DNA from: Candidatus Baldrarchaeum yapensis | GTDB taxonomy: Archaea > Asgardarchaeota > Baldrarchaeia > Baldrarchaeales > Baldrarchaeaceae | Length of the DNA stretch: 32,000 nucleotides | NCBI GenBank assembly: GCA_016840465.1 | Contig: JAEOSH010000006.1 | Coordinates: forward strand, 1-32,000 | Reading direction: 5' to 3' | Part shown: piece after piece, positions 17,957-27,862 of the stretch | Numbering within the stretch: position 1 is the stretch's first letter | Layout: each line of letters opens with the position of its first letter | Program-made: the position numbers and the translations under genes | The notes under the pieces: generated by a model | Database searches by the model: none | What the model saw: only the letters and a program-made list of their open reading frames with translations | Told to the model about the DNA's origin: nothing

Positions 17957-19039
17957 TCACGCAATATTCTTCTCACTTATAAGCTTTTCAAACAGGTCTA
18001 TAAACATCCTTGCGATTTTCTTCGGATCTCTCTCCTTTACGAAATTTCTCGCTTTTTCAAGGGCCTCCCTTGTTCTCTCGCCCATATTTAAGGCGTCTAC
18101 AAGCAACTCCTTCAACTCGGCTCTATTGGTATACTTTAAAACCTCGCCGTTGAATGGCTCAAAGGACTCCGAAATTTTAGGAACCAGTAAAGGCCTCAAT
18201 GTGCCTATAAACTGATAAACGGCGGTGGAGGTCACCGCAGTCGGGAAGGGTGGCGCCATTATTTTGTGTAATATTATCGCGTCGGATGCAAAAGCATATT
18301 CGTCTAACTCCTGGTTCGTAAGCGGTCCTGTTTTCCGGATCTCCGTCTGAGGATACTTCCACTTGAAGTCCTTGTTTGTAATTACTAGGAAGTAGGTATC
18401 TTCCAGATCTTTATCCGGTAGGGCTGGAAGATATGGCATATACCCTCCTCTGGCATATACAAGGACGAGCTTCTTGTCTAATGGGAGCCCAAGCTTCTTA
18501 CGGCATTCCTCTTTGTCACCCCTCCTCTCGGGATAGCATGGAAACGGTATGTAGTGCGCCTTATCGCCATAGATTTTCTTAATGAACCATTCCTGTGTCT
18601 TCTCTATGTAAACAACGGCATCCCAGTCAAACGCATAAAACTCCGGAGGCTGTGGCGGTGGGTCGCCATAAATCGTGCTCTCATGCATTATGTGCACAAC
18701 AACCTTTGCCTTCCTCTTTATTATCGGGAAGATCAACGCAAGATTCTTCATCGGCAACATCTTAAGATCCTCTACGACAAATATATCATAATCCTCTAAG
18801 AGGAACGGCCTAGGATCCAGAAAGTTCGTCTTCACCGAAGTTCCGAAACACCTTGTAACATAAGGCTCATCCTCACCTATTATCACAGTCCCATGGAAGT
18901 CCTCCTTTATGAAGGTAAACACCCTGACCTCATAACCCATGTCGATCCATGTTTTAACGATGGGCTCCGCGTGCATGAACACTCCAGAATCCACATTCCA
19001 CGCCGTCATTATTGCAATACGCCGGAGTTCCATGCTCAC
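17957..19039 (-). CDS. GT-B fold glycosyltransferase, GT4-like
   Basis: N-terminal IAIMTAWNVDSGV, VVHIMHE, HYIPFPC, RKKLGLPLDKKLVLV, ELDEYAFASDAIIL. RBS AGGAGGA. Donor and acceptor unknown. Confidence 0.7.
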   Translation of the reverse strand: MSMELRRIAIMTAWNVDSGVFMHAEPIVKTWIDMGYEVRVFTFIKEDFHGTVIIGEDEPYVTRCFGTSVKTNFLDPRPFLLEDYDIFVVEDLKMLPMKNLALIFPIIKRKAKVVVHIMHESTIYGDPPPQPPEFYAFDWDAVVYIEKTQEWFIKKIYGDKAHYIPFPCYPERRGDKEECRKKLGLPLDKKLVLVYARGGYMPYLPALPDKDLEDTYFLVITNKDFKWKYPQTEIRKTGPLTNQELDEYAFASDAIILHKIMAPPFPTAVTSTAVYQFIGTLRPLLVPKISESFEPFNGEVLKYTNRAELKELLVDALNMGERTREALEKARNFVKERDPKKIARMFIDLFEKLISEKNIA

Positions 19040-19420
19040 TCCTCCTGCGGCACTTCGATATTAAGCAACACTTCCAATATTAAATTAGTTGATCGGTACG
19101 CCGTACACGCATATCCACGAAAAACCACTTTAAAAGTAGAAGAATTACTACTGATGGTCAAGGAGTAGAATAAAAATAATGATGTCCTCGTCGAAAATCC
19201 ATAAAGCACCGCATAGGGGAGAAATCGTAAAAATAGTTCCTAAGCGAAAGTCTTGGATGTACGTACTGGCATCTCGTAATTTTTGAAATAAGCGAACTTT
19301 GAGTCGGAAATTTGCTCGCACCCGAATACTTTCTGTTATCTCTCTCCACGTACAGATAATATTCCCAAGCGTACTCCTAATTAGGAAATATTTATTTTTC
19401 GCAATAAATCAGACTAAAAG

Positions 19421-20689
19421 ATGAAGATTTCTCTGCTCGAAAGAGGGAGGCAAGTGGTACTTGATCCAATAAAGACGTGTCAGGTCGTGGAGCAGAAGCT
19501 TAATAACCTGAAGATGAGGGTTAGGACACGTAGGGAAGCGGACCTTTTAGAGGCTATTCGGTTCACTCGCTCAATGAACGACGTGAGGAGGGTTATAGAG
19601 AGCGATACAAGCATAAGTAAGAGGTTCCAAGAGTACGTTCTGCCAGTCGAGCAGGTACTCTTTAAAAGGATAACGGCGGACCCTGTAAACCCGCTACCTC
19701 GAAACGTTCCGCACGTTCGATTGATTGAGAATGTGGAGGAAATACCAGTTATAGGATGCGATACCAGCGAGATAAGACCTTCTGCACATTATCTTCCTTT
19801 ATTTATGCTAATAAACGTTGGAGTATTTGCAATGGGAGCAGAAGAGGGAGAATATTTCTCAGAGAGTGATCCTCACTTTTATACGTGGGAAGAGCTGACG
19901 GCACTGCATCCTCGCAGACTGAGGACTACCCTTAGAATAGACAGTCGGCGCATAGAAGCCCAATGTGAAACTATACTATCGGTGGTGGACAGAATAAGGG
20001 AGTCTGGGAACAGCAAGAGCATCATAGTGTTACTCGATGAAACACTATCCTTAGGCTATCTCGTTGGAAGATCGGCAGAAACTAGGGAGGAAACGGTAAC
20101 AGCATTACTTGAAATGATGGGAGAGTTGAAGAAAAAGAATTGCATTCCCGTGGGCGTCTTTTATACAATGAGTGCTGCGCTGACGGTATCCCTCATCCGG
20201 GGAGTTATGTGTAGGAACAAGCCCTCGTGTAGCGTATGCATAGAAGGCGCCCGTTCAGGAGGTAATATTAAAGACCTACCGTGTGAAAAGTACATGATGC
20301 GCGACGTGAAACTCGTGGACTTGCTACTCGATCCGGGATGTAGAACCTTCTGCTTTGAAGTAAAAAATGTGATAACAAGAGCCTTCTCTTATACCGTGCT
20401 TGCCTTCTACCTAAAAGTGTGGAAAAATGACGTACTGAGAGTGGAAATTCCGCAATGGGCATCTGATAAAGTTAATGAGATAGCGTCCGTAGTTTACTTG
20501 CAGTCGATAATGGGCGCAGGATATCCGTACGTGCTCGAGAGGGCTCATGAATACGCTGTTATAAGGTCAGGGGAGAGAGACTGGTTCATTTCTATGATCT
20601 CGCGCGTCCTTCGTGACATCCTCCACATCGACCTTCGGATGAGCCGCAAGGAGATAATGAAAAAGATGCTCGGTGGAGGAGTTGTATGA
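19421..20689 (+). CDS. nurA: NurA family 5'-3' nuclease
   Basis: VIGCDTSEIRP (catalytic Asp), LLDETL, RVEIPQW, GYPYVLERAHEYAVI; Cys-rich insert CRNKPSCSVC..PC. Confidence 0.85.
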   Translation: MKISLLERGRQVVLDPIKTCQVVEQKLNNLKMRVRTRREADLLEAIRFTRSMNDVRRVIESDTSISKRFQEYVLPVEQVLFKRITADPVNPLPRNVPHVRLIENVEEIPVIGCDTSEIRPSAHYLPLFMLINVGVFAMGAEEGEYFSESDPHFYTWEELTALHPRRLRTTLRIDSRRIEAQCETILSVVDRIRESGNSKSIIVLLDETLSLGYLVGRSAETREETVTALLEMMGELKKKNCIPVGVFYTMSAALTVSLIRGVMCRNKPSCSVCIEGARSGGNIKDLPCEKYMMRDVKLVDLLLDPGCRTFCFEVKNVITRAFSYTVLAFYLKVWKNDVLRVEIPQWASDKVNEIASVVYLQSIMGAGYPYVLERAHEYAVIRSGERDWFISMISRVLRDILHIDLRMSRKEIMKKMLGGGVV

Positions 20690-21342
20690 GCATTTTTGAC
20701 ATGTTAAGAGCCAAGTACTCCAAGCCGGAAATGGCATTCGGGGAGGTAATAGAATCTTCAACAGTGAAATTCGATGTCTGCGCATATGATCATGAGCATA
20801 CGCCGCAACACGGCGCATTTGTTCTTGTAAATTGTGACCACATACTGGTCATGGGTGTCGTGATACACTCCGAGATGCGTGCGGCTCCCGGCCTTCCCCG
20901 AATCCCTCAGAGACTCAGAATGACCCGTGATGAACTGAGAAGACGGTATCCTGATCTCAGGGACAATATTCTTGACATTTATACGGCGGTTGTCGTGGGA
21001 TATTGTTCACGATCCGGCGTCGTACAAAGTCTTCCTCCCGAGAAGCCCCGCATCCACGACCTCGCCTTCATTTTAGATAAGGATCACATAATAGAATTTC
21101 TAAACCCACACGGCGAGTGCATTGAAATGAACTATCTCCCCCTCCTAACCGTGCCCGTTGCTGCACCCGAAGTTCCCTTCGTCATAGAACGTCACCTCAG
21201 ATTTCTTGCCGAAATCTTAGATCAAAGCTTCCGATCGGAACTATTTAGGGCGCTCTGTACATCGGTTAATGAACATTTTAAAGGTGATGCGGCAGCTATG
21301 TTGCTAAAAATAGGAAGGAAAACCCTATTGGAGGGGGTATAA
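20686..21342 (+). CDS. Standalone HAS-barrel domain protein
   Basis: FGEVIESST...P-x-x-G-A-F-V...GVV...L-x-x-D-E-L-R-R-R-Y-P-D-L...AVVVGY...LPP-x-x-P-x-I-H pattern; ATGA overlap with nurA and TAATG overlap with herA. Confidence 0.72.
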   Translation: MSIFDMLRAKYSKPEMAFGEVIESSTVKFDVCAYDHEHTPQHGAFVLVNCDHILVMGVVIHSEMRAAPGLPRIPQRLRMTRDELRRRYPDLRDNILDIYTAVVVGYCSRSGVVQSLPPEKPRIHDLAFILDKDHIIEFLNPHGECIEMNYLPLLTVPVAAPEVPFVIERHLRFLAEILDQSFRSELFRALCTSVNEHFKGDAAAMLLKIGRKTLLEGV

Positions 21343-23108
21343 TGAAATTAGAGGAAGAAAAGGACCCCACATTCGCATTCGTCGTACAAGGCTCCTTAGA
21401 TAAGGGAGTTATCGCGCAGCTAAGACGCGGATATCTAAGTGAGGATGTCCAATGTTCTTCTCTTACCACGATCAAGGGACGCAACTTTCTCTTCCTAGGG
21501 CTCATCTCAAATATCGAGGTTTCTCGAAAGAGCGTCGTAGATGAAACTGTTAGGCATGAAGGTATCGATAAAAGCGCCGATGAGGTGGAAAGAGAAGCCG
21601 TATTGCACGGGTTGATAAACACAGGTGAGGGTCGCCCAGAAATCAGAATAATACCAATAGCTGTGGCGAGGGAAATCGATGGACGAGTATGTGTGGAGGG
21701 CGCGGATACGATACCATACTACATGGCAGAGGTTAAGGTTCCCGATGAGAGCGAAATAAAGGCGTTCTACACCCCGCAAAGGGGTGAAGGATTCGTAATA
21801 GGATATCCCAAGAGCCCAATAGCAAGCCAACAGATATCATCCGGTGTGCTCATGGATCTTGAGGTGCTGGTTCGTGGGACCTTCGGAATATTCGGAAAAA
21901 GTGGGACAGGTAAAACTTTCTTGGGAAACTATCTCGCGTCTGGAATTGTACTATGGAACAAAAAGAATCTCTTCTCCAAGAAGGTAAAACTCCTAATATT
22001 TGACATGCACTCGGAATATGGAACCCAACTTTTCAGCTCCAGGGGAGATACTTACGGTCCAGGAGTTGCAAAAGCATTTCCCGAGGAGTTCCTAGTATTT
22101 TCCCCGGATCACCAATTTGCAAAGGAGCATTCTCTCGAACCCTTGCAGATAAATGCCGGGAATATAACAATAGAAGATCTGGCAGCAACAGCTGAAGCCT
22201 TAGGATTATCAGAAGCATATCTGAGCCACTTGGAAACGTTCAGGCGGATAGCAGAGGATATATTGGATAAATACCGGAGAGAAGCAAGTAACAGGGGGAT
22301 TACCAACTGGTTCCAGTTCATAACATCACTCGACGACGAACTTGGTCCTTCATTAACGAATCCACTAGAAGAGAGACTGAGAAGCATATCACCAGGTGCA
22401 AAATTCGCCTATACCAGCGGAAGGAGCAGGCTTCGGAGATTGAAGAGATACGAGTTCATAAACTGGTTCGGAACGGGAGCAGACTCAGTAGACACAATAA
22501 TATCCGAGTTGCTTGATGGAAAACGCAGCGTTGTAATATCGTTTGGAAGATACGGGGATGATAGAACTGCATACATGTTCATAGCAAACATAGTTGCGCG
22601 CAGATTATGGAGAGAATGCGTCGATAGAATAATGAGCGGAAGAGAGCTCCACTACAGGGTTGTAATTTTTATAGAGGAGGCGCACAAGTTCCTAGGACCG
22701 GATGTCTACTACATGAGCCCGTTCGGCGATATTGCTAGGGAATTGAGAAAACGCGGCGTTATTCTCTGCGTTATCGATCAAACTCCATCGCAGATATGTG
22801 ATGACGTTCGTGGAATGTTATGGAACAAATTTGTGATGTGTCTCGAGAACGAAAAGGACATAGAGGCCGCATCTATAGGATTACCCTTCCCACATCTCTT
22901 TAAACCGGTAATCCAGCGCCTACAGCGGCAGGAAGTGCTCGTATTTGGCGAGGCAATAAACGTCCCGGCTGTTGTTAAGGTTCCCGAATATAAGGAGAGA
23001 ATTAAGGAAATGAGAGCCCAGTATCTTGAAATAAAGGCAAAGGAAGCGGAAGAAGAAAAGGTGCGGGAAAAAGCATTCGAAGAACTCACGGGGCTACCGG
23101 TGGGATGA
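21342..23108 (+). CDS. herA: HerA/FtsK-family DNA translocase
   Basis: N-terminal barrel, Walker A IFGKSGTGKTFL, LIFDMHSEYG, Walker B IFIEEAHKFL, IARELRKRGV, IDQTPSQI. Confidence 0.92.
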   Translation: MKLEEEKDPTFAFVVQGSLDKGVIAQLRRGYLSEDVQCSSLTTIKGRNFLFLGLISNIEVSRKSVVDETVRHEGIDKSADEVEREAVLHGLINTGEGRPEIRIIPIAVAREIDGRVCVEGADTIPYYMAEVKVPDESEIKAFYTPQRGEGFVIGYPKSPIASQQISSGVLMDLEVLVRGTFGIFGKSGTGKTFLGNYLASGIVLWNKKNLFSKKVKLLIFDMHSEYGTQLFSSRGDTYGPGVAKAFPEEFLVFSPDHQFAKEHSLEPLQINAGNITIEDLAATAEALGLSEAYLSHLETFRRIAEDILDKYRREASNRGITNWFQFITSLDDELGPSLTNPLEERLRSISPGAKFAYTSGRSRLRRLKRYEFINWFGTGADSVDTIISELLDGKRSVVISFGRYGDDRTAYMFIANIVARRLWRECVDRIMSGRELHYRVVIFIEEAHKFLGPDVYYMSPFGDIARELRKRGVILCVIDQTPSQICDDVRGMLWNKFVMCLENEKDIEAASIGLPFPHLFKPVIQRLQRQEVLVFGEAINVPAVVKVPEYKERIKEMRAQYLEIKAKEAEEEKVREKAFEELTGLPVG

Positions 23109-23112
23109 GTTC

Positions 23113-24342
23113 ATGGGGTTAAAGATGGTACATACCGGAGATATACATCTGGGAGCCGTAATACGTGGAATGACGTCCGGAACTGAGGTTTATAAGCGTC
23201 GAATAATGGATTTTCTCGAAAACCTGAAAAGAATCGCGGAGTTTTCCGTAAAAAATGAATGCGACTTTTTGTTGATCTCCGGGGATATATTCCACTCTCT
23301 GCACCCCAGCGCATTCATCCTCGACGAATTCGCGAAAATTCTGAGATTTGTTTCGAATAAAGGCGTAAAGGTCGTTGCAATTCCTGGAAATCACGACATG
23401 CCAAAGACCGCAGGCGTACCGTCCTATCTTGATGCAATATTTGACGCAGGCGTACCCAACTTCTACTACTTCTCACGCGCCGGAACGATAACTTTGAGCG
23501 GAAGAGATCCCACACGCACGGTAAAATTCATTTGCATACCATATCTTCCGCCGCAAATTGAAAGACAAAAGATGGAGGAAGCATTAGAAAGATTTGTCAA
23601 AAGAGAGGCATCTGACAGAGAAAACTCCGATTACATAGTTGTGTTATCGCACATTTTGGTACATGGTGCAATTCTAGACGCCTACGGCAGAAGAATGAAG
23701 GAAATGGGAGATGTAGAGTTTTCCACCTCCGCCCTTCTCACGAGTGAAGTAAGCTACGTGGCCCTTGGACATGTGCATCAACACCAGGAAGTCGCAAAGA
23801 AGGTTGTATACTGCGGATCGATAGAAAGAGTCGATTTCGGTGAGGAAGAGGGAGATAAGGGTTTCTATCTAGTAGAGGAAAGGTGCGGGGATCTTGAGTA
23901 CGAGTTCATAAAGCTACAAACACGGCCACTAATCACGATTCCTGGGAGAAGATCCGGAATAGGTGGTGAGTATTTGAATCTTGCGGTCAGCGATCAACCA
24001 TCCCGCGCGTTGCTTGAGTTTCTGAAAAATGCAAGAATAGAATCCGAATCGATAGTCAGAATAAGGTACCTGATACGGAGTGATCAAGTGCTTAACCTCA
24101 AACCCATAGAGGAGTTCCTAGAAGAGGTAAAGAGAGTCATGCATTATATACTTGACCCGACATATATCACAATTATTAGCCATAATGAAGTATATGAAGA
24201 CATTGCGGCGAAATCCCTGAGAGAATATTTCATAGAATATATTGACGCCCAAAATTTGCCACCAGAGATAAATAAAGAGAAATTGAAGGAGTTAGGTCTT
24301 GAATACATACAAAGGAAGATAGAAGAGGAGGAATACGGATGA
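23113..24342 (+). CDS. mre11: Mre11/SbcD metallophosphoesterase nuclease
   Basis: HTGDIHLG, ISGDIFH, IPGNHD, LSH, YVALGHVH, YCGSIERVDFGEE. Confidence 0.95.
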   Translation: MGLKMVHTGDIHLGAVIRGMTSGTEVYKRRIMDFLENLKRIAEFSVKNECDFLLISGDIFHSLHPSAFILDEFAKILRFVSNKGVKVVAIPGNHDMPKTAGVPSYLDAIFDAGVPNFYYFSRAGTITLSGRDPTRTVKFICIPYLPPQIERQKMEEALERFVKREASDRENSDYIVVLSHILVHGAILDAYGRRMKEMGDVEFSTSALLTSEVSYVALGHVHQHQEVAKKVVYCGSIERVDFGEEEGDKGFYLVEERCGDLEYEFIKLQTRPLITIPGRRSGIGGEYLNLAVSDQPSRALLEFLKNARIESESIVRIRYLIRSDQVLNLKPIEEFLEEVKRVMHYILDPTYITIISHNEVYEDIAAKSLREYFIEYIDAQNLPPEINKEKLKELGLEYIQRKIEEEEYG

Positions 24343-26831
24343 ATAGTTGGGGATTTGTGCCAGAGAAACTCATTGCCGAGAACTTCATAACTTACGATAG
24401 ATTAGAACTGGATTTCACAAAACTGGGAAGAAGAGTCGCCGTACACGGTCCCACAGGTGCGGGTAAAACAACAGCATTCGTGGATGCCCTTACTTTCGCC
24501 TTATTTGGTGCAGCATACGAGAAATCTGGAGCCCAGTTCAGGGAAAAACTTGCAAAGGAGGCCGGAAGACCGGTAAAGGTAGAGTTGACATTCAGAGTTG
24601 GGGGTGAACGGTATAAAGTTATGAGAATGATAGATAGCAACGGTAAGTACATAAGGGTTGAATTAAGGAGATTGGAAGAGGGCGCAAAGCCAATAACGTC
24701 GCTGAGAGAGGTCAATCAGAGGATAGAGAAACTACTGGGCATGAATTATAAAATATTTCTCAACACGGTCGCAGTAAGGCAGGGCAATGTTGCTGAACTC
24801 CTACATGGCCTTACACCCTCGGAGTTCAGGCAAATGCTCCTCTTAGCTTTTGGAATCGATTTCAGAAAGATACAGGATGCAGTTAAGGATGACTACAGAC
24901 AGGCAGAAGTCGAATACTCGAAAATAACTTCTAGGATAGAAGACTTGCGGAAAAAAATAAAGGAGAAAGACAAGGTTTTGAGAGACCTGAACAACCTGAG
25001 AAAGGAACTCACGAAACTAAATGAAGATATCTCAAAAGTAAGAAGCAAACTCCAAGAAGTAGAACAAAAGCTTCAGGCGGTACATGAGAAATTATCCTCC
25101 GCACGTCAGGAGTATAAACTTATGGAAAAGGAGTATCAGAACCTCCAGGATAAAAGGAGGCACCTCGAAGAAAAAATGTCGGATAGAGAGAGGTTTATGA
25201 GGGAATTAAGCAAGTTATCCGAAATTGAGGAAGAATTGAAATTGCTAAGAGAGTCGATATCAAAACTGCGAAAAGCGACCGGAATCCTTGCTACCATTAA
25301 GGAGAAGAGAAGAGCTCTGAGCCGATATGAAAGAGAGTTGAGGGAGTTGGAAAGAAAGGAGAAGGAACTAAATGGGCTGAGAAAACGAATTGAAGATTTG
25401 TCATGTGAAATATCAGCTTTAGAAAGCACGGTTAAAAAGATTGAGGATATCGAAAGGAAAATAGACGAGAAAAAAGAACTAAAGAACAAACTTAGTGGAA
25501 AGAGGGAATATCTGGAGAGAAATTTAGCTGAAATAAAGGAAATGAAACAAAGATCATCAAACGGGGCAATAAAATGTCCGCTTTGTCTCTCCGAATTGTC
25601 CCCACAGAAAGTTGAGGAGGTCATGAGAAGCATAACTCATACACTCACGGAACTAAGAAACCAATTGGAATCGATAAGCAGAGAATTAGAAGAGCTATCT
25701 AGAGAGCGCGAAACTGTTAAGAAAGCTGAGGAAAAGCTAAATACGCTGTACAAAATGCTTATGAGATACGAGGGGCAAGCAAAGTCTCTTAGCGAATTTG
25801 TAAAAAAGAAGGTTGATTTGCAGGGCGAAAGGGAAAAATGTGGACAGGAATTAAAGAAAATGGAGGAAGAACTCTCGAAACTTATAGAGGGGATATGCTC
25901 TTACGATGAGGTCGAACAAAAGCTTGCAGAATTAGAAGCAAAGGAGCGGGCTCTCGAAGAGAAAGTCAGAAAGATAGCGGAAAGCAGAGGAAGAATATCA
26001 GAGTTGGAAAAGGAGATAGAGAGGTTAAAAAACGAGATTAGAGAATTGGAGCCTCTAATTTCAGAAGAAATGCTGAGAAGAAAGAAGATCGAGTTAGATG
26101 AATTAATGAAAATGGAAGATGAGTTAAAAAGGCGCAAAAAGGAAATAGAGTCAGAACTCGAGGGCCTGCAGGACAGAATGATAAAGGTCAGCGCGGACGT
26201 TAAAGCACTCGAAAGTAAGTTGAAAGAAATAAAAGATGCCGAAAATGAAATAAAAAGTCTCGAAATAGAGGAAAGAAAAGCACGAGAAAAACTCATTATG
26301 CTCAAAGTATTAAAGGAGAAGGTATTTCATGATCAAGGATTCCCGATGTTCCTACTAAGTCGCTTCATTACTAGACTTCAGGATTACGCGAACTATTACC
26401 TCAGTAGCATTCTTCCAAATTATCAGATCCGCCTCAAGAGGGTAAAAGAGGGAAGACAAGAGAAAATAAGAGCAACGGTCATGGATATTTCAAGGGGATA
26501 TGATCGCCCGTTATATACATACTCCGGCGGTGAAACCGCGATCCTGGGATTTGTACTGAGATTAGCACTAGCAAAAACATTACTAGAGGTAAAAGGTGCT
26601 AAATCGCCGAGAATTCTGATTTTAGATGAGGGATTTAGCTCTGCTAGCGAGGAATATCGTGCCCAATTGATGAAGTTATTAGCAACGCTATCCCAAGAGT
26701 TCGAAAATATTATTGTCATTTCACACGTTCCTGACATAAAGTTCAGCGAAATATTCGATAGAATTCTCGAAGTTCAGAGAGACAGAAGTGGAAGTCGCAT
26801 AAGGGACGTCACCACATCGGTGAAATCGTAG
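24339..26831 (+). CDS. rad50: Rad50/SbcC SMC-family ATPase
   Basis: Walker [11 protein letters not shown]-loop VRQG, long coiled coils with central CPLC zinc hook, signature YSGGE, Walker B ILDE, H-loop ISH. Confidence 0.95.
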   Translation: MNSWGFVPEKLIAENFITYDRLELDFTKLGRRVAVHGPTGAGKTTAFVDALTFALFGAAYEKSGAQFREKLAKEAGRPVKVELTFRVGGERYKVMRMIDSNGKYIRVELRRLEEGAKPITSLREVNQRIEKLLGMNYKIFLNTVAVRQGNVAELLHGLTPSEFRQMLLLAFGIDFRKIQDAVKDDYRQAEVEYSKITSRIEDLRKKIKEKDKVLRDLNNLRKELTKLNEDISKVRSKLQEVEQKLQAVHEKLSSARQEYKLMEKEYQNLQDKRRHLEEKMSDRERFMRELSKLSEIEEELKLLRESISKLRKATGILATIKEKRRALSRYERELRELERKEKELNGLRKRIEDLSCEISALESTVKKIEDIERKIDEKKELKNKLSGKREYLERNLAEIKEMKQRSSNGAIKCPLCLSELSPQKVEEVMRSITHTLTELRNQLESISRELEELSRERETVKKAEEKLNTLYKMLMRYEGQAKSLSEFVKKKVDLQGEREKCGQELKKMEEELSKLIEGICSYDEVEQKLAELEAKERALEEKVRKIAESRGRISELEKEIERLKNEIRELEPLISEEMLRRKKIELDELMKMEDELKRRKKEIESELEGLQDRMIKVSADVKALESKLKEIKDAENEIKSLEIEERKAREKLIMLKVLKEKVFHDQGFPMFLLSRFITRLQDYANYYLSSILPNYQIRLKRVKEGRQEKIRATVMDISRGYDRPLYTYSGGETAILGFVLRLALAKTLLEVKGAKSPRILILDEGFSSASEEYRAQLMKLLATLSQEFENIIVISHVPDIKFSEIFDRILEVQRDRSGSRIRDVTTSVKS

Positions 26832-26959
26832 AATGGCAAATATATGGTAATAATTGCGATAAGAACTGGAAGGCAAAAGAGAAGGTCGTTTTGGAGCAAC
26901 TAGGAAAAGTCATTAAGGGAAAGCAATATAAGGAATATGCAAAGCATCTGGTGGCAGGC

Positions 26960-27753
26960 ATGAACGAGGATGAACTGTCAGAAAAGATATTTTCTGCGGC
27001 AAAGATAATAGTTAAATCAAAGAGAGTTGTTGCGCTCACTGGCGCGGGGATATCCGTTGAGAGCGGGATTCCTGATTTTAGGGGTCCTGTTGGACTCTGG
27101 AGAGTTTGCAACCCGATATAGCATCCATACACTATTTTCTCCCAAACCCCGAAGGATTTTGGAAAATGGCCAAAAGCTTGGCAAAAACCCTCTTTAACGC
27201 AAAGCCCAATCCCGCGCACATAGCTCTCGCCGAACTAGAGAAAATGGGAAAGCTTCGATGCATAATAACTCAGAACATAGATTCTCTTCACCAAAAAGCC
27301 GGAAGTAAAAATGTCATAGAAATTCATGGAACTGCTCGAACGGCCACTTGCCTCAGTTGCGGGAAAAAGTTTCGGGATGCGGACATACTGAAAATGCTGG
27401 ATGAAGGGCTCTTGGTTCCGGTTTGCGACAGATGCGGAGGGTTGATAAAAGTAGATGCAGTCTTCTTTGGTGAAAATCTCCCTCGGGACGCCCTTTCAAG
27501 GGCCATGGATGAAAGCATACATTGTGACGCAATGTTAGTCGTGGGTTCTTCTTTAGTCGTTTATCCGGCGGCATATATATCTTCCTCAATTGGCAAAGGA
27601 GCACGGGCAAACATAATTGTGGTGAACTTAGAGCCTACATGGTTCGATAGAATTGCGGATGTTGTAATACATGGTAAGGCCGGAGAAATCCTGCCCGAGC
27701 TCGTTGCAAAAGTCAAAGAGTTGTTGCTATCGGATAATAGCAACACAAGATGA
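26960..27753 (+). pseudogene. cobB: NAD-dependent protein deacylase (Sir2/CobB type) with one net frameshift and an internal compensated pair
   Basis: ATG 26960; [19 protein letters not shown], then a frame switch near 27112-27114 into NPAH, ITQNIDSLHQKAGS, EIHG, CxxC...CxxC, VFFGE, VGSSL-x-VYPA, N-x-EPT, HGKAGEILP. Confidence 0.88.
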
Positions 27754-27780
27754 CGGTAAAAGGTCGTCTCTTCGTCCTAC

Positions 27781-27797
27781 TCGATAATTTTTATCGA
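27781..27797. promoter_or_regulatory. Inverted repeat TCGATAA-N3-TTATCGA upstream of the TauE gene (candidate operator)
   Basis: Perfect 7-bp arms with a TTT spacer, overlapping an AT-rich TATA-like stretch about 65 bp before the start. Confidence 0.3.
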
Positions 27798-27862
27798 CGT
27801 GAGATTTTCATCACCACTAGGATTAAAAAATGAAGAATCCACATCATCAGCGGGAGGTGAAA

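Noticed and set aside
19158-19349. 63-aa minus-strand ORF in the intergenic gap
   Set aside because: No recognisable motif and no convincing RBS; likely spurious.
24900-26330. Purine-rich, repeat-like sequence
   Set aside because: Explained by Glu/Lys/Arg-rich coiled-coil coding in Rad50; no exact tandem repeat or CRISPR spacing seen.
27100-27120. Programmed -1 ribosomal frameshift in the sirtuin
   Set aside because: No X-XXY-YYZ slippery heptamer is present, and two further indels downstream point to decay or error.
21342-27753. Sir2 plus HerA as a Sir2-HerA (Nezha-type) antiviral system
   Set aside because: The sirtuin has the Zn-ribbon and GAGIS/QNID/HG motifs of housekeeping CobB-type deacylases, is frameshifted, and HerA sits in a NurA-Mre11-Rad50 repair operon.
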